Shown here: positions 62,861 through 64,000 of the stretch, piece after piece | Numbering within the stretch: the stretch's first letter is position 1 | Layout of the letters: each line of letters begins with the position of its first letter | NCBI RefSeq assembly: GCF_036321535.1 | Contig: NC_087436.1 | Location: 14,880,001-14,944,000 of the forward strand | DNA length: 64,000 nucleotides | Reading direction: 5' to 3' | Source: Camelus dromedarius | Lineage: Eukaryota | Program-made: the position numbers and the translations under genes | The notes under the pieces: generated by a model | What the model was told of the DNA's origin: nothing | The model's input: only the letters and a program-made list of their open reading frames with translations | The model's database searches: none

Positions 62861-64000
62861 TTTCCCCTTATTTTTCACAAATCGCCCACAATACGCTCAG
62901 CTGAGAGATGTCCCGGCAGGGCTTGTACTGCAGATCACATCCGGAGCCTGCCTTTTTCAAGACCTCCGTGGAGGACGCTTTTTATTCGCCACTGAAGCCT
63001 GGGGATTACTTTGATACACTGGCCACTTGGCTTAACATCCTTTCTAACCAGAATCTTAATCCTGAATCACTGATTAATAAGAGTGGGGTGAAGGAGCCGG
63101 GGGGGAGCTGGGTGGTCACCGGGGTCAGGTCCCATATATCATGTGCAGGCTTAAGGGACATCCTTGAGCACTGAAAATGTGCCCTCAGATCTCTGGCTAG
63201 GGCGAGCACTGCCTCCAGAGGAGTGAGAGCAGGAGAGGGTGACTTCAGGGTGGCTGTTTCTGCCCAGCCGAAATTGCCTAAGGAAGGTGAAATTTTCATA
63301 TGATGAGGTTGAAAATGGCAAGTTTCCTGTTTCTGTTTATTCAGCCCAACAGTCTGGTCTGAACATGCAGGGGCCCTGAGATGTGCTGGCTGGCTGTATC
63401 ATCAACTGTCTGTGATGATTCTGCCCCAACCACACGGACCACAGGTCCCTGTGCTAGAGAGGGTCAGGGAGGACCGCTGCCCGGATCCAGGGCTGCTCAG
63501 CTGGGGGCCAGTGCTCAGGGAGGACTTTCCTCATTTAGCCACTGAAAGAGGTGGTTGACCCACTGCAGAAGGTGAAGCTGAGGGAGAGAGAGAGAGGGAG
63601 AGACAGAGGGAGACTTGGAGCAGAACTGCTTGAAATTTTGCAGGCCGTGGGACTCTAGAAAATTCCAGCTCAGTGGCCACGTGTGATTGCTTTTATGATT
63701 GGGTCCAAGTACGATGAGACCACCCACCCAATCTGCCTTTGCCAGGATCACATTCAGCTCCCGGAAGTCCAACTGCAGTGTCTCACCACGACTGTGTTTC
63801 CTGTTTTCATTATCAGATATGGTTTAGGAGCGTTTGTGGAAGGGTGTTCCCCTCTCTTCCATTCCCCCCACTGCCACCTGTTCCTCGTGGATGGAGGAAT
63901 TTCTGTGACAGGGAGTTCTGGGGACTCTGTCACAGCTTTCTGTCTGGGGCAAGTCGGAGCAAGGTGAGGTGCTGGGGATTCCAGCTTGGAATTCTGGGCC

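Noticed and set aside
63903..63934. Hairpin ctgtgacag...ctgtcacag as a pre-miRNA
   Set aside because: Stem too short, and the region may be LTR/ERV-derived.

Overview
Mammalian genomic DNA, most likely camelid (alpaca/camel lineage). The evidence is four tRNA-derived vic-1-like SINEs, cetartiodactyl-type L1 3' ends and a MER41-like ERV1 LTR, with no Alu, BovB, PRE1 or SINEC seen. I cannot support any protein-coding exon: the window reads as intergenic or deep-intronic, and the six-frame ORFs are chance or repeat-derived. It is dominated by transposon fossils: a ~6.8 kb decayed L1M, several L1 3' ends, L2, MIR, MaLR/ERVL/ERV1 solo LTRs and hAT/Tigger elements. Family names and many boundaries are from recall and approximate. 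Most interesting: (1) a ~0.7 kb minus-strand fossil reverse transcriptase of an ancient L2/Crack-type LINE (4.29-4.99 kb) that still reads largely in frame through HLYADDTIIY and carries 10 WGATAR motifs, a candidate exapted enhancer; (2) a tail-less, TSD-less L1 patch inside a MER41-like LTR inside an MLT1; (3) a ~78 bp HNRNPA1 3'UTR retrocopy inside an L1; (4) an LTR41-borne CTCF motif; (5) small CpG-rich patches and two candidate + strand non-coding exons. No CRISPR or prokaryote-type system is present, and I cannot claim a new multi-gene system.
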